Notes under the pieces: model-generated | Told to the model about the DNA's origin: nothing | Seen by the model: the letters and a program-made list of their open reading frames with translations, nothing else | The model's database searches: none | Assembly (NCBI GenBank): GCA_963767735.1 | Contig: CAVYES010000006.1 | Span: forward strand, 96,001-160,000 | Origin: Candidatus Bathyarchaeota archaeon | GTDB taxonomy: Archaea; Thermoproteota; Bathyarchaeia; Bathyarchaeales; Bathycorpusculaceae | Length of the DNA stretch: 64,000 nucleotides | Direction: 5' to 3' | In this document: positions 41,429 through 51,085 of the stretch, one piece after another | Numbering within the stretch: the first letter of the stretch is position 1 | How the letters are laid out: the number at the start of each line of letters is the position of its first letter | Translations under genes and position numbers: made by a program

Positions 41429-41614
41429 TTGGAGGTGACGTGTTTAAAGGAATCGAGGAATAAGGGCAAGATGACTGTTGCGGAGGCTGGTCGGATGGGC
41501 GGACGGAAGACGTCTGAGACTCATGGTTCTGAATTTTACAGTGCAATCGGCAGCAAAGGCGGACTAAAAGTTCGAAAACTCATTGAGGAAGGAAAAGAAC
41601 ATGAGAGAGAATAA
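41429..41614 (+). CDS. KGG-repeat stress hydrophilin, copy 4 (start uncertain)
   Basis: KGKMTVAEAGRMGG...FYSAIGSKGG; TTA sits where the other copies have TTG after the RBS. Confidence 0.85.
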   Translation: MEVTCLKESRNKGKMTVAEAGRMGGRKTSETHGSEFYSAIGSKGGLKVRKLIEEGKEHERE

Positions 41615-41671
41615 ACTGCAAACATTTTTATTTTTTTTTAGTCAACTCGTTCAAGAGTAAGGAGGTGAAGG

Positions 41672-41956
41672 ATGACGAGTAGAGAAGAAGCTAAAACAAG
41701 TAGACGCGTGGGCGTAGGTCAAGGAAGGGCAGAGCGACGATACACAAATAGAAGTGGAAAATCTGGTCACGTTAGCCCAGCAATAGTGGAAAAATATCTT
41801 GCAGGCATACATTACCCCGCAGAAAAAAAGAACTTGGTAGATAGAGCACTTGCCCAAGATGCCTCAAACGATGTGATGGAATTATTAAACAAGCTGCCTG
41901 CTAAAACCTATAAATCGCCAATAGACATAACCAAAGAAATGGGAAAAATGAAGTAA
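41672..41956 (+). CDS. DUF2795-family protein
   Basis: V.KYL.GI.YPA.K..LV..A....A...V...L..LP...Y.SP.DI; GGAGGTGA RBS. Confidence 0.88.
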   Translation: MTSREEAKTSRRVGVGQGRAERRYTNRSGKSGHVSPAIVEKYLAGIHYPAEKKNLVDRALAQDASNDVMELLNKLPAKTYKSPIDITKEMGKMK

Positions 41957-42155
41957 TAACTGAACACTCCGTTTATCAAATTTAATTTCTTGGAATTCGT
42001 TTCCTACTTTGTTAAAATAGATTAATGTTTTAGTCAACTTTGCTCGCTATTTGTAGGTTTTGTGATTGCTTTTTGATGACCACACACGCTTAAAGGCTAT
42101 CCTTGAGCAGATAACAGGATAACCTTTTTAGAACAAATGACGGGGGTGAATAATT

Positions 42156-42365
42156 TTGGTAGTTAAAAGTGAAGAAAAAAGGAAGATGACACGTGAGGAA
42201 GCTGGAAGAAAAGGCGGTCTAAAAGTGGCTCGAGAAAAAGGACCCCAATTTTACAGAGAGATCGGCAGGAAAGGTGGCGAAAAAGTTGCTGAGGAGCGCG
42301 GTTCCGAGTTTTACAGGGAAATCGGAAGGAAAGGCGGAGAGAGCAGAGGAAAGAGAAGTGAATAA
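42156..42365 (+). CDS. KGG-repeat stress hydrophilin, copy 5
   Basis: MTREEAGRKGG and two FYREIGRKGGE repeats; GGGGTGA RBS and TTG start. Confidence 0.92.
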   Translation: MVVKSEEKRKMTREEAGRKGGLKVAREKGPQFYREIGRKGGEKVAEERGSEFYREIGRKGGESRGKRSE

Positions 42366-42439
42366 AGCTTTTTTTCTCATGTGCCATTTTCGGATTTTAT
42401 TAACCGAAAGGCAAATATTGAAATAAGTTTATTGTTTAA

Positions 42440-42892
42440 TTGGTTTTGTCGATGGAAATTCTCGTTTTATATTACAGTAGAACAGGAAATACTGAAAAAA
42501 TGGCGAGAGCAGTAGCTGAAGGCGCACAAATCAACGGTAACATTAGAGTAGAATTAAATTTTCACATTGAACCTGAAGAAATAAGCAGGTTTGACGCTTT
42601 AGTCGTTGGCGCACCGACTTATCATCATGAGATGCCTATTGATTTCAAAAATCTTTTTGAGGAAGCTGCGGTTAAGGGCGTAAGTTTAAAGGGCAAAGTC
42701 GGCGCTACCTTTGGTTCTTATGGGTGGAGCGGTGAAGCACCTGGACTTATTTTGGAAATTATGAAAAATAAGTTTGAGATGCAAGTTGTTGAATCGCCTT
42801 TACTTGTGAAGTATACTCCTGACGAAAAAATGCTTAGCTCTTGTAAAGATTTAGGAAAAAGAATTTCCGAAAACTTGCAGAAGAAGGCTTAA
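42440..42892 (+). CDS. Flavodoxin
   Basis: YYSRTGNTEKMA, VGAPTY, FGSYGWSGEA. Confidence 0.93.
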   Translation: MVLSMEILVLYYSRTGNTEKMARAVAEGAQINGNIRVELNFHIEPEEISRFDALVVGAPTYHHEMPIDFKNLFEEAAVKGVSLKGKVGATFGSYGWSGEAPGLILEIMKNKFEMQVVESPLLVKYTPDEKMLSSCKDLGKRISENLQKKA

Positions 42893-42912
42893 CCTAAGTG
42901 AAGTGAGGATGT

Positions 42913-43398
42913 ATGGAAAAACCGAAGAATAATCTTGTTGAATTTTTGAAAAATCAAATAGTGATTGAAAACGAAATAGTTGCTTCCCTTGAAAAAGCAC
43001 TTGTTGACATGAAGAATCCGGCTGTTAAAGGCGTCTTGAAGGGTGTTTCGCTGGATTCTGTGAAGCACGCGGAACTTTACACGTCAGCCGTTACCTTGCT
43101 GACTGGTACTCCTACAGCATTAACGCAGGAGAACCTTGATCAGCAAAGAGCACTCATAGAAAAACACATAGAGATAGAATCGAAACTGATTAAGCGCCTT
43201 GAAGTCATGATACCTAATATTGAAAACAAGAAGGTTGTGTTTCTCTTAAACTCCATATTAGCCGATGAAATCAGACACCACGCTATGCTAAAGATGGTTT
43301 TAGAAATAATTGTTCACGGAGAAACAATAACTGAGGAAGATTGGTGGAAACTGCTGTGGGAAAACGCGCCGTTTCACGGAGCTCCTGGTGGCGGTTAA
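42913..43398 (+). CDS. Ferritin-like/rubrerythrin-like four-helix-bundle protein
   Basis: E...DSVKHA...HIEIE...ADEIRHH metal-ligand pattern. Confidence 0.88.
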   Translation: MEKPKNNLVEFLKNQIVIENEIVASLEKALVDMKNPAVKGVLKGVSLDSVKHAELYTSAVTLLTGTPTALTQENLDQQRALIEKHIEIESKLIKRLEVMIPNIENKKVVFLLNSILADEIRHHAMLKMVLEIIVHGETITEEDWWKLLWENAPFHGAPGGG

Positions 43399-43429
43399 TA
43401 AAAAAAACTTTGGGATTTTTAGATTTTAG

Positions 43430-44377
43430 CTAAGAGTTAGCGTTGTTATTCATGACTTGTTCAGACGAGCTCCATGTGTCTTCGACTATTTGCTGAAGCT
43501 CCTTGAGTACTGACGCTAACATTTCGCCTTTGCAGGTTAAGCCATAAGCTTTCGGAGTTTTCCTGATGAAAACCAACTTTTTGCCTTTTAAGCCTCTGAG
43601 ATACTTGTATGTTCTTCTCATGGAGATTTCTGTTTCTTTGGCGATCCTTCCAGCCGGGATTCCTTCACTTGTGATGACATCGTAAACTTTTCGTTCGGGA
43701 ATTGTGAAGGTTTCTATGTTTGGGTCTCGTTTTGATTTAAAGAAAAATATGTAATCCCTCTCAATGGGGGTTTCTATCAAACCTGCAGATCGTAAACGCT
43801 TTAGTATTCGGGAAGCGATTTTTGACGAGATAAGCGCTTCGATATCTTCAAAAGTTTTTGGTCCTGACAATAAAGACTGTAAAAGAATTTCTTCATAGCA
43901 TTCCGAGTGGGCTGGAAGCATTTCCGCAAATTCTGGGAAGCATCCTAATAGCTCGGTTAACCGACCGCCAAACATGGTTGCATAGTATTCGTCTCGTGCT
44001 TCTGTAGCTAGACCTACTGCCATTAAAGGCTGCAAGTATTCTTCGTTTATGGTGTCTTGGCTGTGGCTGTGACCAGTTTCTTTAAGTTCTTGTTGTAATT
44101 GGCTTACTGAGTATCTACCGCTTACGATAGCTTTTAGAATATGCAGTCTTGTCTCGTTTTTTAGAACGTTGAAGAGTTCTTTTAAGTAGTTTGGGTTATC
44201 CATTGTTTCGCGGAGTTTTCTTAGTTCGTTTTTTAGTTTGTATACTCGGCATCGGTTTATGCATTCTAAGGGTGTTATTGGAGCGCAGTTTCTGCATTCT
44301 GCATTAAGTGTTTTAAGCATTCCGACAAGGTCGTGGTTGTTTTCAGTTTTTCGGGGTGGTAATAGGACATTGCCCAT
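43430..44377 (-). CDS. Multi-wHTH (ArsR-like) protein with N-terminal Cys cluster
   Basis: CRNCAPITPLECINRC; LKNETRLHIL..I; further wHTH repeats. Confidence 0.78.
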   Translation of the reverse strand: MGNVLLPPRKTENNHDLVGMLKTLNAECRNCAPITPLECINRCRVYKLKNELRKLRETMDNPNYLKELFNVLKNETRLHILKAIVSGRYSVSQLQQELKETGHSHSQDTINEEYLQPLMAVGLATEARDEYYATMFGGRLTELLGCFPEFAEMLPAHSECYEEILLQSLLSGPKTFEDIEALISSKIASRILKRLRSAGLIETPIERDYIFFFKSKRDPNIETFTIPERKVYDVITSEGIPAGRIAKETEISMRRTYKYLRGLKGKKLVFIRKTPKAYGLTCKGEMLASVLKELQQIVEDTWSSSEQVMNNNANS

Positions 44378-44460
44378 TTGTTTTTTCTCCTATCTTGGCG
44401 TTTGCCGTGACAGGGAAGCCCTAAAGGTCTTGCAAACTTTTTTGCGATTGATACCCCGTC

Positions 44461-44497
44461 ATGACGCACGTCATAAAATATGACAAGCGTCATATTT
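44461..44497. promoter_or_regulatory. Tandem ATGAC-N4-GTCAT palindromes abutting a TATA-like box
   Basis: ATGACGCACGTCAT (44461-44474) and AAATATGAC-AAGC-GTCATATTT (44476-44497), followed by TTTAAA. Confidence 0.7.
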
Positions 44498-44526
44498 AAA
44501 TAGGTTTTCCCCAGAAATAAGAGTAA

Positions 44527-44913
44527 TTGGTGTTAAACTTGATACTACCATGCGAAGTGGGCGTAAAAACCGTTTTGCCAGCCGTAAAAGCACTAATGGC
44601 AAGGTCAATCGTTGAAAAACACGGATTGAACGAAAAACAAACTGCGGAACTCCTTGGCCTATCCCAATCTGCAGTTAGCCGATATGTGGGAAGAGAAAGA
44701 GGAAACCTACTTACGATAGAAAACTCGACTGAAGTTTTAGCACTTATAGATCAAATGGTCACTTCACTCATAAAAGACCCTAACAACAGAGCAGAAATCC
44801 TCAATCTTTTCTGTCAAACCTGTACAGCCATCCGAGAAAAAGGCCTGATGTGCCCGTTTTGCCAAAAAGAAATGTCTCCACAATGGGCGGAAAACTGTCT
44901 CTTTTGCCGCTAA
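44527..44913 (+). CDS. Archaeal HTH transcriptional regulator (COG2522-like, Cys-rich)
   Basis: LPCE...LPA...AELLGLSQSAVSRY...RG; C-terminal CxxC...C..C...CxxC. Confidence 0.85.
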   Translation: MVLNLILPCEVGVKTVLPAVKALMARSIVEKHGLNEKQTAELLGLSQSAVSRYVGRERGNLLTIENSTEVLALIDQMVTSLIKDPNNRAEILNLFCQTCTAIREKGLMCPFCQKEMSPQWAENCLFCR

Positions 44914-44969
44914 TTGAGAGCAATTAAGATTTATTAAAAACGAAGTTTAATGTTTTTTGAGGAACCTCG

Positions 44970-45908
44970 ATGTCTTCCGATGAGACTGCTTTTTTAGATA
45001 CCCTTGAAAAAGTGACCAAAAGCGTAGTTAACATAAGCGCCATAAAACTCGTTCACAACATTTTCTACCAAGCTGTACCTGTGGGAGGAATGGGTTCGGG
45101 AACCATAATCGATCCGAAGGGGCTAATTTTAACAAACAACCACGTGGTCGGCGGCGCACAAAAAATCAGCGTTACTTTAAGCAGCAACGAAATAGTTGAA
45201 GGCACAATTGTTGGATCATGCGCCATTCACGACATAGCTGTGGTTAAAATTAATGGTAATAAAAGAAATCTTCAGGCAGCACAACTTGGCGACTCAGATA
45301 AAATACGGGTAGGGCAAAGGGTCTATGCTATTGGTAACCCCTTCGGTTTAGCAGGTGGACCAAGCGTAACTTCCGGAGTTATAAGCGCCGTTAATAGGAC
45401 AATAGAATCTGACCGAGGCTTGATAGAGAACCTTGTTCAAACGGATGCATCTATTAACCCAGGAAACAGTGGCGGTCCACTAGTAGATGTTACCGGTAAA
45501 GTTATCGCAATTAACACCGCGATTATTCCTTTTGCTCAGGGCATCGGTTTTGCTGTTCCTATAAACTCAGCGAAAAGTTGCACTGATGAAATTGTTACCG
45601 AAGGAGGAGTCAAAAGACCCTGGCTCGGCATCGTGGGATTAACTTTAACGCGGGAAATCTCGCGTTACTATGGTCTACCAGTGAACCGTGGAGTTTTAGT
45701 CACCCGAATTGCTGACGGCAGCCCTGCAGAAGCCGCTGGAATGGCTGAAGGAGACATCATTCTAGAAATAGGCAAGACAGAGACCAATAAAATTGAGGAC
45801 TTGGTCAATGAGATTCAGAGAAGAAAAGTCGGTGACGTAGAAAGAATTCTTGCCCTACGCAACGGCGGGGAACACTTCTTTGAGTTAAAACTAAGCGAAG
45901 CACCATAA
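44970..45908 (+). CDS. HtrA/DegP-family serine protease with PDZ domain, no signal peptide
   Basis: GSG, LTNNHVV, DIAVVKI, QTDASINPGNSGGPL, PWLG. Confidence 0.95.
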   Translation: MSSDETAFLDTLEKVTKSVVNISAIKLVHNIFYQAVPVGGMGSGTIIDPKGLILTNNHVVGGAQKISVTLSSNEIVEGTIVGSCAIHDIAVVKINGNKRNLQAAQLGDSDKIRVGQRVYAIGNPFGLAGGPSVTSGVISAVNRTIESDRGLIENLVQTDASINPGNSGGPLVDVTGKVIAINTAIIPFAQGIGFAVPINSAKSCTDEIVTEGGVKRPWLGIVGLTLTREISRYYGLPVNRGVLVTRIADGSPAEAAGMAEGDIILEIGKTETNKIEDLVNEIQRRKVGDVERILALRNGGEHFFELKLSEAP

Positions 45909-45935
45909 ACACAGTTTAAAGCGGGAGGATTTACG

Positions 45936-46361
45936 TTGAGTCAAAGTCAAATTAAAGATATCTTAAAAAAATACAAAGTTATTGCGGTTGTTGGTTTATC
46001 TAAAGAACCCGGGAAAGATAGCCACAGAGTTAGCGCTTACCTAAAACAACATGGCTACCGCATCATTCCAGTAAACCCTTTCGCGGATGAGATTCTCGGC
46101 GAAAAAAGCTTCCCAAGCCTGCTAGATATTCCACCAGAAATCCAAAAAACCATAGAAATAGTTGACATTTTCCGACCATCAAAAGAAGTGCAGCCGATAG
46201 TACAGCAAGCCGTCAAACTAAAAGAGACTAATGGAAAGCCCTTCGTGGTTTGGATGCAGCTTGGAATAGTTAATGAAGAGGCCGCTGAGGCAGCTAAACG
46301 TGCCGGTTTGATTGTTGTTATGGATAAATGTTTGATGATCGAGCATCACAACTTAGCTTAG
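45936..46361 (+). CDS. CoA-binding protein (YccU-like)
   Basis: IAVVGLS, GY.IIPVNP, VDIFRPS, WMQLG, VMDKC. Confidence 0.93.
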   Translation: MSQSQIKDILKKYKVIAVVGLSKEPGKDSHRVSAYLKQHGYRIIPVNPFADEILGEKSFPSLLDIPPEIQKTIEIVDIFRPSKEVQPIVQQAVKLKETNGKPFVVWMQLGIVNEEAAEAAKRAGLIVVMDKCLMIEHHNLA

Positions 46362-46439
46362 AAGGCTTCAGCGCGGAGCAGTAATTGCTACAAAAATGGT
46401 TCAGCAGAGAAACATTTCACAATATGAAGAAAGACAAGT

Positions 46440-46919
46440 TTATGTGATTTGTTCGAGAACTTTTTGTATTTCCTGATAGTTTGGTTCAACTGCTGGATTA
46501 TCCGAGATCCAAACATACCGAACTGTACCTTCTGAGTCAATGACGAAGATTGAACGTTTAGCAACCGTGTAGCCGTCAAGCCCGGCAAAATTGGGTAACT
46601 CTAATTCATAGGTTCTGGTAACTTCACGTTTGTAGTCGCTTAGTATTGGAAAGGGTAGCCTGTTTTTTTCTGAGAATGCTTTATTTGAGAAGGGGTCATT
46701 TACGCTTATTCCGATAACCTGCGCATTCAAATCGATAAGTCGCGCCATGGAATCGCGGAATTCACACATTTCCTTTGTACATGTTGAAGTGAATGCACCA
46801 ACAAAAAAAGCTAAAACGATTTTTTTCCCCAAGAACTCATTTAGGCTCCTTGATTTCTTATCCGTATCGGGCAAAGTGAAGTCTGGCGCCTTGTCTCCAA
46901 CTTTTATTTTGCTTGACAT
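46440..46919 (-). CDS. Peroxiredoxin (BCP/PrxQ-like)
   Basis: [33 protein letters not shown]. Confidence 0.93.
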   Translation of the reverse strand: MSSKIKVGDKAPDFTLPDTDKKSRSLNEFLGKKIVLAFFVGAFTSTCTKEMCEFRDSMARLIDLNAQVIGISVNDPFSNKAFSEKNRLPFPILSDYKREVTRTYELELPNFAGLDGYTVAKRSIFVIDSEGTVRYVWISDNPAVEPNYQEIQKVLEQIT

Positions 46920-46981
46920 AAAAAGTAATCCTTAATTCTAGAAAAAAGATTTAGGTGTATAAATGGATGACGCTTTTGATT

Positions 46982-47641
46982 TTAGCCAAAAGTGAAGGCG
47001 CTTGGACAAATTTTGTTGAGAACGCATGTTTCGCATTTGGGTTTTCTTGCAATGCATACTTGTCGGCCGTGGAAAATCAGCAAATCGGTGAGTTTCATCC
47101 ACTTGTCTTTTGGAGTAATTTTCATTAGGTCTTGCTCTATTTTAGCAGGGTCATCGTGTTCGGAAAGTCCAAGTCGCTGAGAGAGCCTGCGGACATGAGT
47201 GTCGACTGCTATTCCGGAGATTATGCCGTAAGCATTGTATAATACTATGTTAGCGGTTTTTCGCGCAACACCCGGAAGCTCCAGCATCTCATCCATCGTT
47301 TTTGGAACTTGCGAATGGTATTTTTCGACTAAGAGTTGGCAGCATTTTTTTAGATTTCTGGCTTTGTTATGGTAGAAGCCTGTTGAGCGTATGTCTTGTT
47401 CTAACTCTTTTATGTCAACGCTAACATAATCTTCGGGCGTGCGGTATTTTTTGAAAAGTTTTTGGGTTACTATGTTTACTCTTTCATCAGTAGTTTGAGC
47501 CGATAGCATGGTTGCTACAAGTATTTCCAATGGGTCAGAGTAGTTAAGAGCAGTTTTTGCGTTTGGAAACTGTTTTTCCAGCAGTTCAATTATTTTGGCT
47601 GTCCTCTGTTTGGGTTCAAGGAATATTTCCGGTCTTTTCAT
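46982..47641 (-). CDS. nth: Endonuclease III
   Basis: LSAQTTDERVN, LPGVARKTAN, VDTHV.R, C.ARKPKC..C.L...CP. Confidence 0.97.
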   Translation of the reverse strand: MKRPEIFLEPKQRTAKIIELLEKQFPNAKTALNYSDPLEILVATMLSAQTTDERVNIVTQKLFKKYRTPEDYVSVDIKELEQDIRSTGFYHNKARNLKKCCQLLVEKYHSQVPKTMDEMLELPGVARKTANIVLYNAYGIISGIAVDTHVRRLSQRLGLSEHDDPAKIEQDLMKITPKDKWMKLTDLLIFHGRQVCIARKPKCETCVLNKICPSAFTFG

Positions 47642-47839
47642 CCAGATTCTCCTTAGAAGCACGACTGTTTAATCTAGTGAACTGTTGGGGAAATAAAAGT
47701 TTGCTTCGATGGATAATTGTTTTAACATTTGTTTAATAATGCCGTTATGTACTTCAAATTTGCAAATATTTATCGGATTGTTATTGCGCAATGTTTATAT
47801 AATTTCCAATAATCTGAAAATATGTTAATCTAATTTAAA

Positions 47840-48406
47840 GTGGCAGTTATGGTTAACCCAACAAGAATAACCGTTGCCTTCGACAAAACAACAGCCGACT
47901 TGCTGGAAAAAATAAGTACCGATGCGCAAGTATCACAAAGCGAAGTTATGCGCCGTGCCCTAAAATTCTACAACGAAAACAAAGCTCTCGAAGACCCAGC
48001 AATCAAGAAAAAAATTCAGGCTTACATGGATATGCTTCTTAATGGTGAACACGTCATCATAGATGTTGATCACTGGCTGATGTTCTTGCGGCTGATCGCT
48101 TCATCGCCTGGACGGGAAAAGTTTTGGAGCGAACATAAGGAAGTAGCTCGAGCTCACTGGGAACAGCTCAAAACAAAAGTGCATTCACCAGAAGAAATGC
48201 TATTCAGACTTGAGGCCTGCAACTTTTACCGTTTAACAAAGAACGGCCCAAACGACTACACATTAGTTTTGGTTTCCGAGATTTCGAAGGATTTCATCAG
48301 GGTATTCCTTGAAGAGTACTTTGCAGCTATGGGCGTCAAAGCCGAGATAAAAGAGAACTTAACCAAACTCAGAGTTACAATTAAACCCGCCACAACAAGA
48401 ATGTAA
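47840..48406 (+). CDS. CopG/RHH-family regulator
   Basis: RITVAFD...SQSEVMRRALKFY; GEHVI.DVDHW. Confidence 0.85.
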   Translation: MAVMVNPTRITVAFDKTTADLLEKISTDAQVSQSEVMRRALKFYNENKALEDPAIKKKIQAYMDMLLNGEHVIIDVDHWLMFLRLIASSPGREKFWSEHKEVARAHWEQLKTKVHSPEEMLFRLEACNFYRLTKNGPNDYTLVLVSEISKDFIRVFLEEYFAAMGVKAEIKENLTKLRVTIKPATTRM

Positions 48407-48496
48407 AAAGCCCCAAACTTTTTTAGCCTCTACTCCTGCGCAGTGCACAAATGTTTTTACACTATTTTGCACTAACCATTGTTCTAGGTGACTGAA

Positions 48497-48646
48497 GTGA
48501 GTATAAAACTAAAAGTTGACGGAAAAGAAATTCCATTAAACGAATTTGTGGAGAAAATCTTAAACGGAACATTAATAGGCGCCGTTACTTCGCTCCGAGG
48601 AATAAAAGAGGATTGGAAAAAAATCGAGATAGAAATTCAAAAGTAA
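48497..48646 (+). CDS. 49-aa protein resembling the small domain often appended to MobB
   Basis: Below the ORF-track cutoff; AGGTGA RBS; MSIKLKVDGKEIPLNEFVEKILNGTLIGAVTSLRGIKEDWKKIEIEIQK. Confidence 0.8.
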   Translation: MSIKLKVDGKEIPLNEFVEKILNGTLIGAVTSLRGIKEDWKKIEIEIQK

Positions 48647-48648
48647 AT

Positions 48649-49209
48649 TTAACCGTTAAATTCGACGGCGCTGTCGATTTCCGCGAACAGTTCCTTTTTA
48701 GCTTTGCATATTGGGCAAATGTACGGTGGGTCTTCCCTAAACACTACATATCCGCATTGTTTGCAGTACCATAACTTCTTTTTAACTCCCGATTGTGTTT
48801 TTTCAGCTTTTGGTGTTGGTTTTTCTTGTTGTCCTTGAGAAGGCGCTTGGTTAGTTGGGGCTGCTTGTGTTCCGTAAGCTCTTTCCATTTTTTCTGGGGG
48901 TCTTCGTTCGGGTACTTCGGGTAAGTTTTGGCTTTCGTAAACTTGTTTGTTGACGTAGAGTCTGCAATAGCAGGCGCCGTATTGGGCGACGTCTGGGTCG
49001 CGATAATCGCAGGGGCAAATTATGTCTCGATCATATTCGAAGTTGCCTGAGGTTAGCCTACATGGGCATAGCGGGTAGCCGTAGCGGTCTTCGTTTGTTT
49101 TTAATCCTTCCAAAAAGCCCTGTAAAAGTTCAGGCTGAGGCGTTAGATAGTATCCGTAGGTTTTAGCGTCTGCTTCAGCCCTTTTTCGAACTTCCTCTAT
49201 GGTAGTCAA
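48649..49209 (-). CDS. Ferredoxin:thioredoxin (glutaredoxin) reductase catalytic domain fused to a rubredoxin-like domain
   Basis: CPCR...CPC...CYC.LY; C-terminal W.CKQCGY...P...CPICKA. Confidence 0.93.
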   Translation of the reverse strand: MTTIEEVRKRAEADAKTYGYYLTPQPELLQGFLEGLKTNEDRYGYPLCPCRLTSGNFEYDRDIICPCDYRDPDVAQYGACYCRLYVNKQVYESQNLPEVPERRPPEKMERAYGTQAAPTNQAPSQGQQEKPTPKAEKTQSGVKKKLWYCKQCGYVVFREDPPYICPICKAKKELFAEIDSAVEFNG

Positions 49210-49490
49210 ATTTCCAACGCCTCTTTAAGTTTGTCTTTGCGAAAACCGGTAATAACAACTTTATCATCCACAATAATCGTTGGATAGCTAATCATACCGC
49301 CCGCGTTTTGGACTGTTTCATGAATTTTTTGTTTATCTTTCTCGTCTTCTAGATCCACATCAACGTATTCGTATTGGATATTGTTCTCGTTTAGAAACTG
49401 TTTAGTCATCTTGCACCAAACACAAGTGCTTAAAGCGTACAGGAAAACCTTGTGTTTGTTGTTTTTACCCAAAATCTTAGAAATATTCAT
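49206..49490 (-). CDS. Glutaredoxin/NrdH-like redoxin
   Basis: LSTCVWCK, SYPTI, GF; overlaps the FTR start. Confidence 0.92.
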   Translation of the reverse strand: MNISKILGKNNKHKVFLYALSTCVWCKMTKQFLNENNIQYEYVDVDLEDEKDKQKIHETVQNAGGMISYPTIIVDDKVVITGFRKDKLKEALEI

Positions 49491-49596
49491 AGCGAAACAC
49501 TCTACTAGAAACATTTGCTCTCGGCGAAATATATCTTTAGCTGAGCTAAAGTTAAAAATCGGGTCGGATTATTTTCTATCGTAAGAAGTTCTGCAA

Positions 49597-50970
49597 TTAT
49601 GCTGGTCTGAGGTTGCCGAAAGCGTTCTGAACCACTTCTGACATTGCTGGATGAATGTGCATGCCTTGAGCGATAGGTGCAAAAGTTCCATCTTCAGACA
49701 CCATGGCGTTGACGATTTCTTGAATAAGAATTGAAGCTTCCGGACCAATTATGTGCGCTCCAAGAATTTTGCCCGTTTCTACCTGTGCAATCACTTTTAC
49801 GAAACCCTCAGGAAACCCCATAGCTGCACCCATAGCTGTTTCACTGTAAGGGGCCATTCCTACTAGAATGCTGTGATATTGCTCTTTTGCTTGTTTTTCT
49901 GTTAAGCCGACGCTGGCAACTTGGGGGTGACTGAATATGGCGTGCGGTGCCGCTGCGAAATCCATTTTTGCTTTGTGTTCATGAACGGCGTTGTGCCAAA
50001 CGACACCTGCCTCGTAGTTGGCGACGTGCTTGAACATTTGAACGCCGATGGCGTCGCCGAAAGCCCAGATGTTTTTTTTGCTGGTTTCAAGGTACCCGTT
50101 TACTTTAATGAAGTTATGTTCGTCTAGCTCTATTCCTGTTTTTTCAGGCTTTAAAATGTCAGCGTTGGATACTCTGCCTGTGGCTACTAATACTGCTTCA
50201 GCCGAGAACTCGTGGAGGCTGCCGTCTTGTCGGTTTCGGGCGAAGAGCGTTTTAGTTGTGCCTTCTTGTTTTGCTTCGGTGACCTCATAGCCTGTATATA
50301 TTTCCATTCGTTGCTGCATTTGCTTCTTTAACAGTTCAGAGATTTCTGGTTCCTCCTCAGGCACTACTCGGTCGGGTCTTTGAAGTATGGTGGTTTTTGT
50401 GCCGATGCTCGAGAAGAAGTGTCCGTACTCCATGCCAATGTAGCCTCCGCCAACAATAAGTACGCTTTTGGGCGGCGTTTTAAGCTCCAAGACGGTATCG
50501 CTTGTCAAATACTCTATTTTGTCTATGCCTTTAACTGGCGGTATTCCTGGTCGAGCACCTGAAACTATAAAAATATTTGTTGCCGTAATCGTGTGTGCGC
50601 CAACCTGCATGGTGTAATCTGAAATGAACTCTCCTTTCTCCTTAAACCACGTAAGATTAGGCGTTGCTTCAACAGCTTGTGCCTGGTGCCCTGAGTCATG
50701 GTTAACTAGTGCATGCATCCTATTCATGATATTGCTGAAATCAACCGAATCCAAGGTTGCGTGGACACCTATTTTCCCTGACTCTTTCATGGCGGCGATA
50801 ACATCGATTGGGTAAATCAGCATTTTTGATGGAACACAACCCACGTTTATGCATGTGCCGCCCATTTTCCCATTTTCAACCAGCGCTGTCCTGAAACCCT
50901 GATCAATTGCCGTTGAAGCAACAAGCATACCAGAGCCTGAACCAATAACGATTACATCGAATCGCTCCAT
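49597..50970 (-). CDS. Dihydrolipoamide-dehydrogenase-family flavoprotein disulfide reductase
   Basis: IGSGSG, GGTCINVGCVPSK, VGGGYIG.E, GDA, HIHPAMSE. Confidence 0.93.
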   Translation of the reverse strand: MERFDVIVIGSGSGMLVASTAIDQGFRTALVENGKMGGTCINVGCVPSKMLIYPIDVIAAMKESGKIGVHATLDSVDFSNIMNRMHALVNHDSGHQAQAVEATPNLTWFKEKGEFISDYTMQVGAHTITATNIFIVSGARPGIPPVKGIDKIEYLTSDTVLELKTPPKSVLIVGGGYIGMEYGHFFSSIGTKTTILQRPDRVVPEEEPEISELLKKQMQQRMEIYTGYEVTEAKQEGTTKTLFARNRQDGSLHEFSAEAVLVATGRVSNADILKPEKTGIELDEHNFIKVNGYLETSKKNIWAFGDAIGVQMFKHVANYEAGVVWHNAVHEHKAKMDFAAAPHAIFSHPQVASVGLTEKQAKEQYHSILVGMAPYSETAMGAAMGFPEGFVKVIAQVETGKILGAHIIGPEASILIQEIVNAMVSEDGTFAPIAQGMHIHPAMSEVVQNAFGNLRPA

Positions 50971-51085
50971 AACAAGCCTCACATTGTAAATGGAAACGTT
51001 AAATGACAGATAAACTTTTCAGCGCTTTGTCTATAACTGGAAAATCTTTTATGCAAGTGAGAGTTAACTTTTAATTGGGATTTTG

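Noticed and set aside
39992-42387. Minus-strand ORFs over the KGG array
   Set aside because: They are antisense shadows of repetitive genes; the plus strand has the RBS and family motifs.
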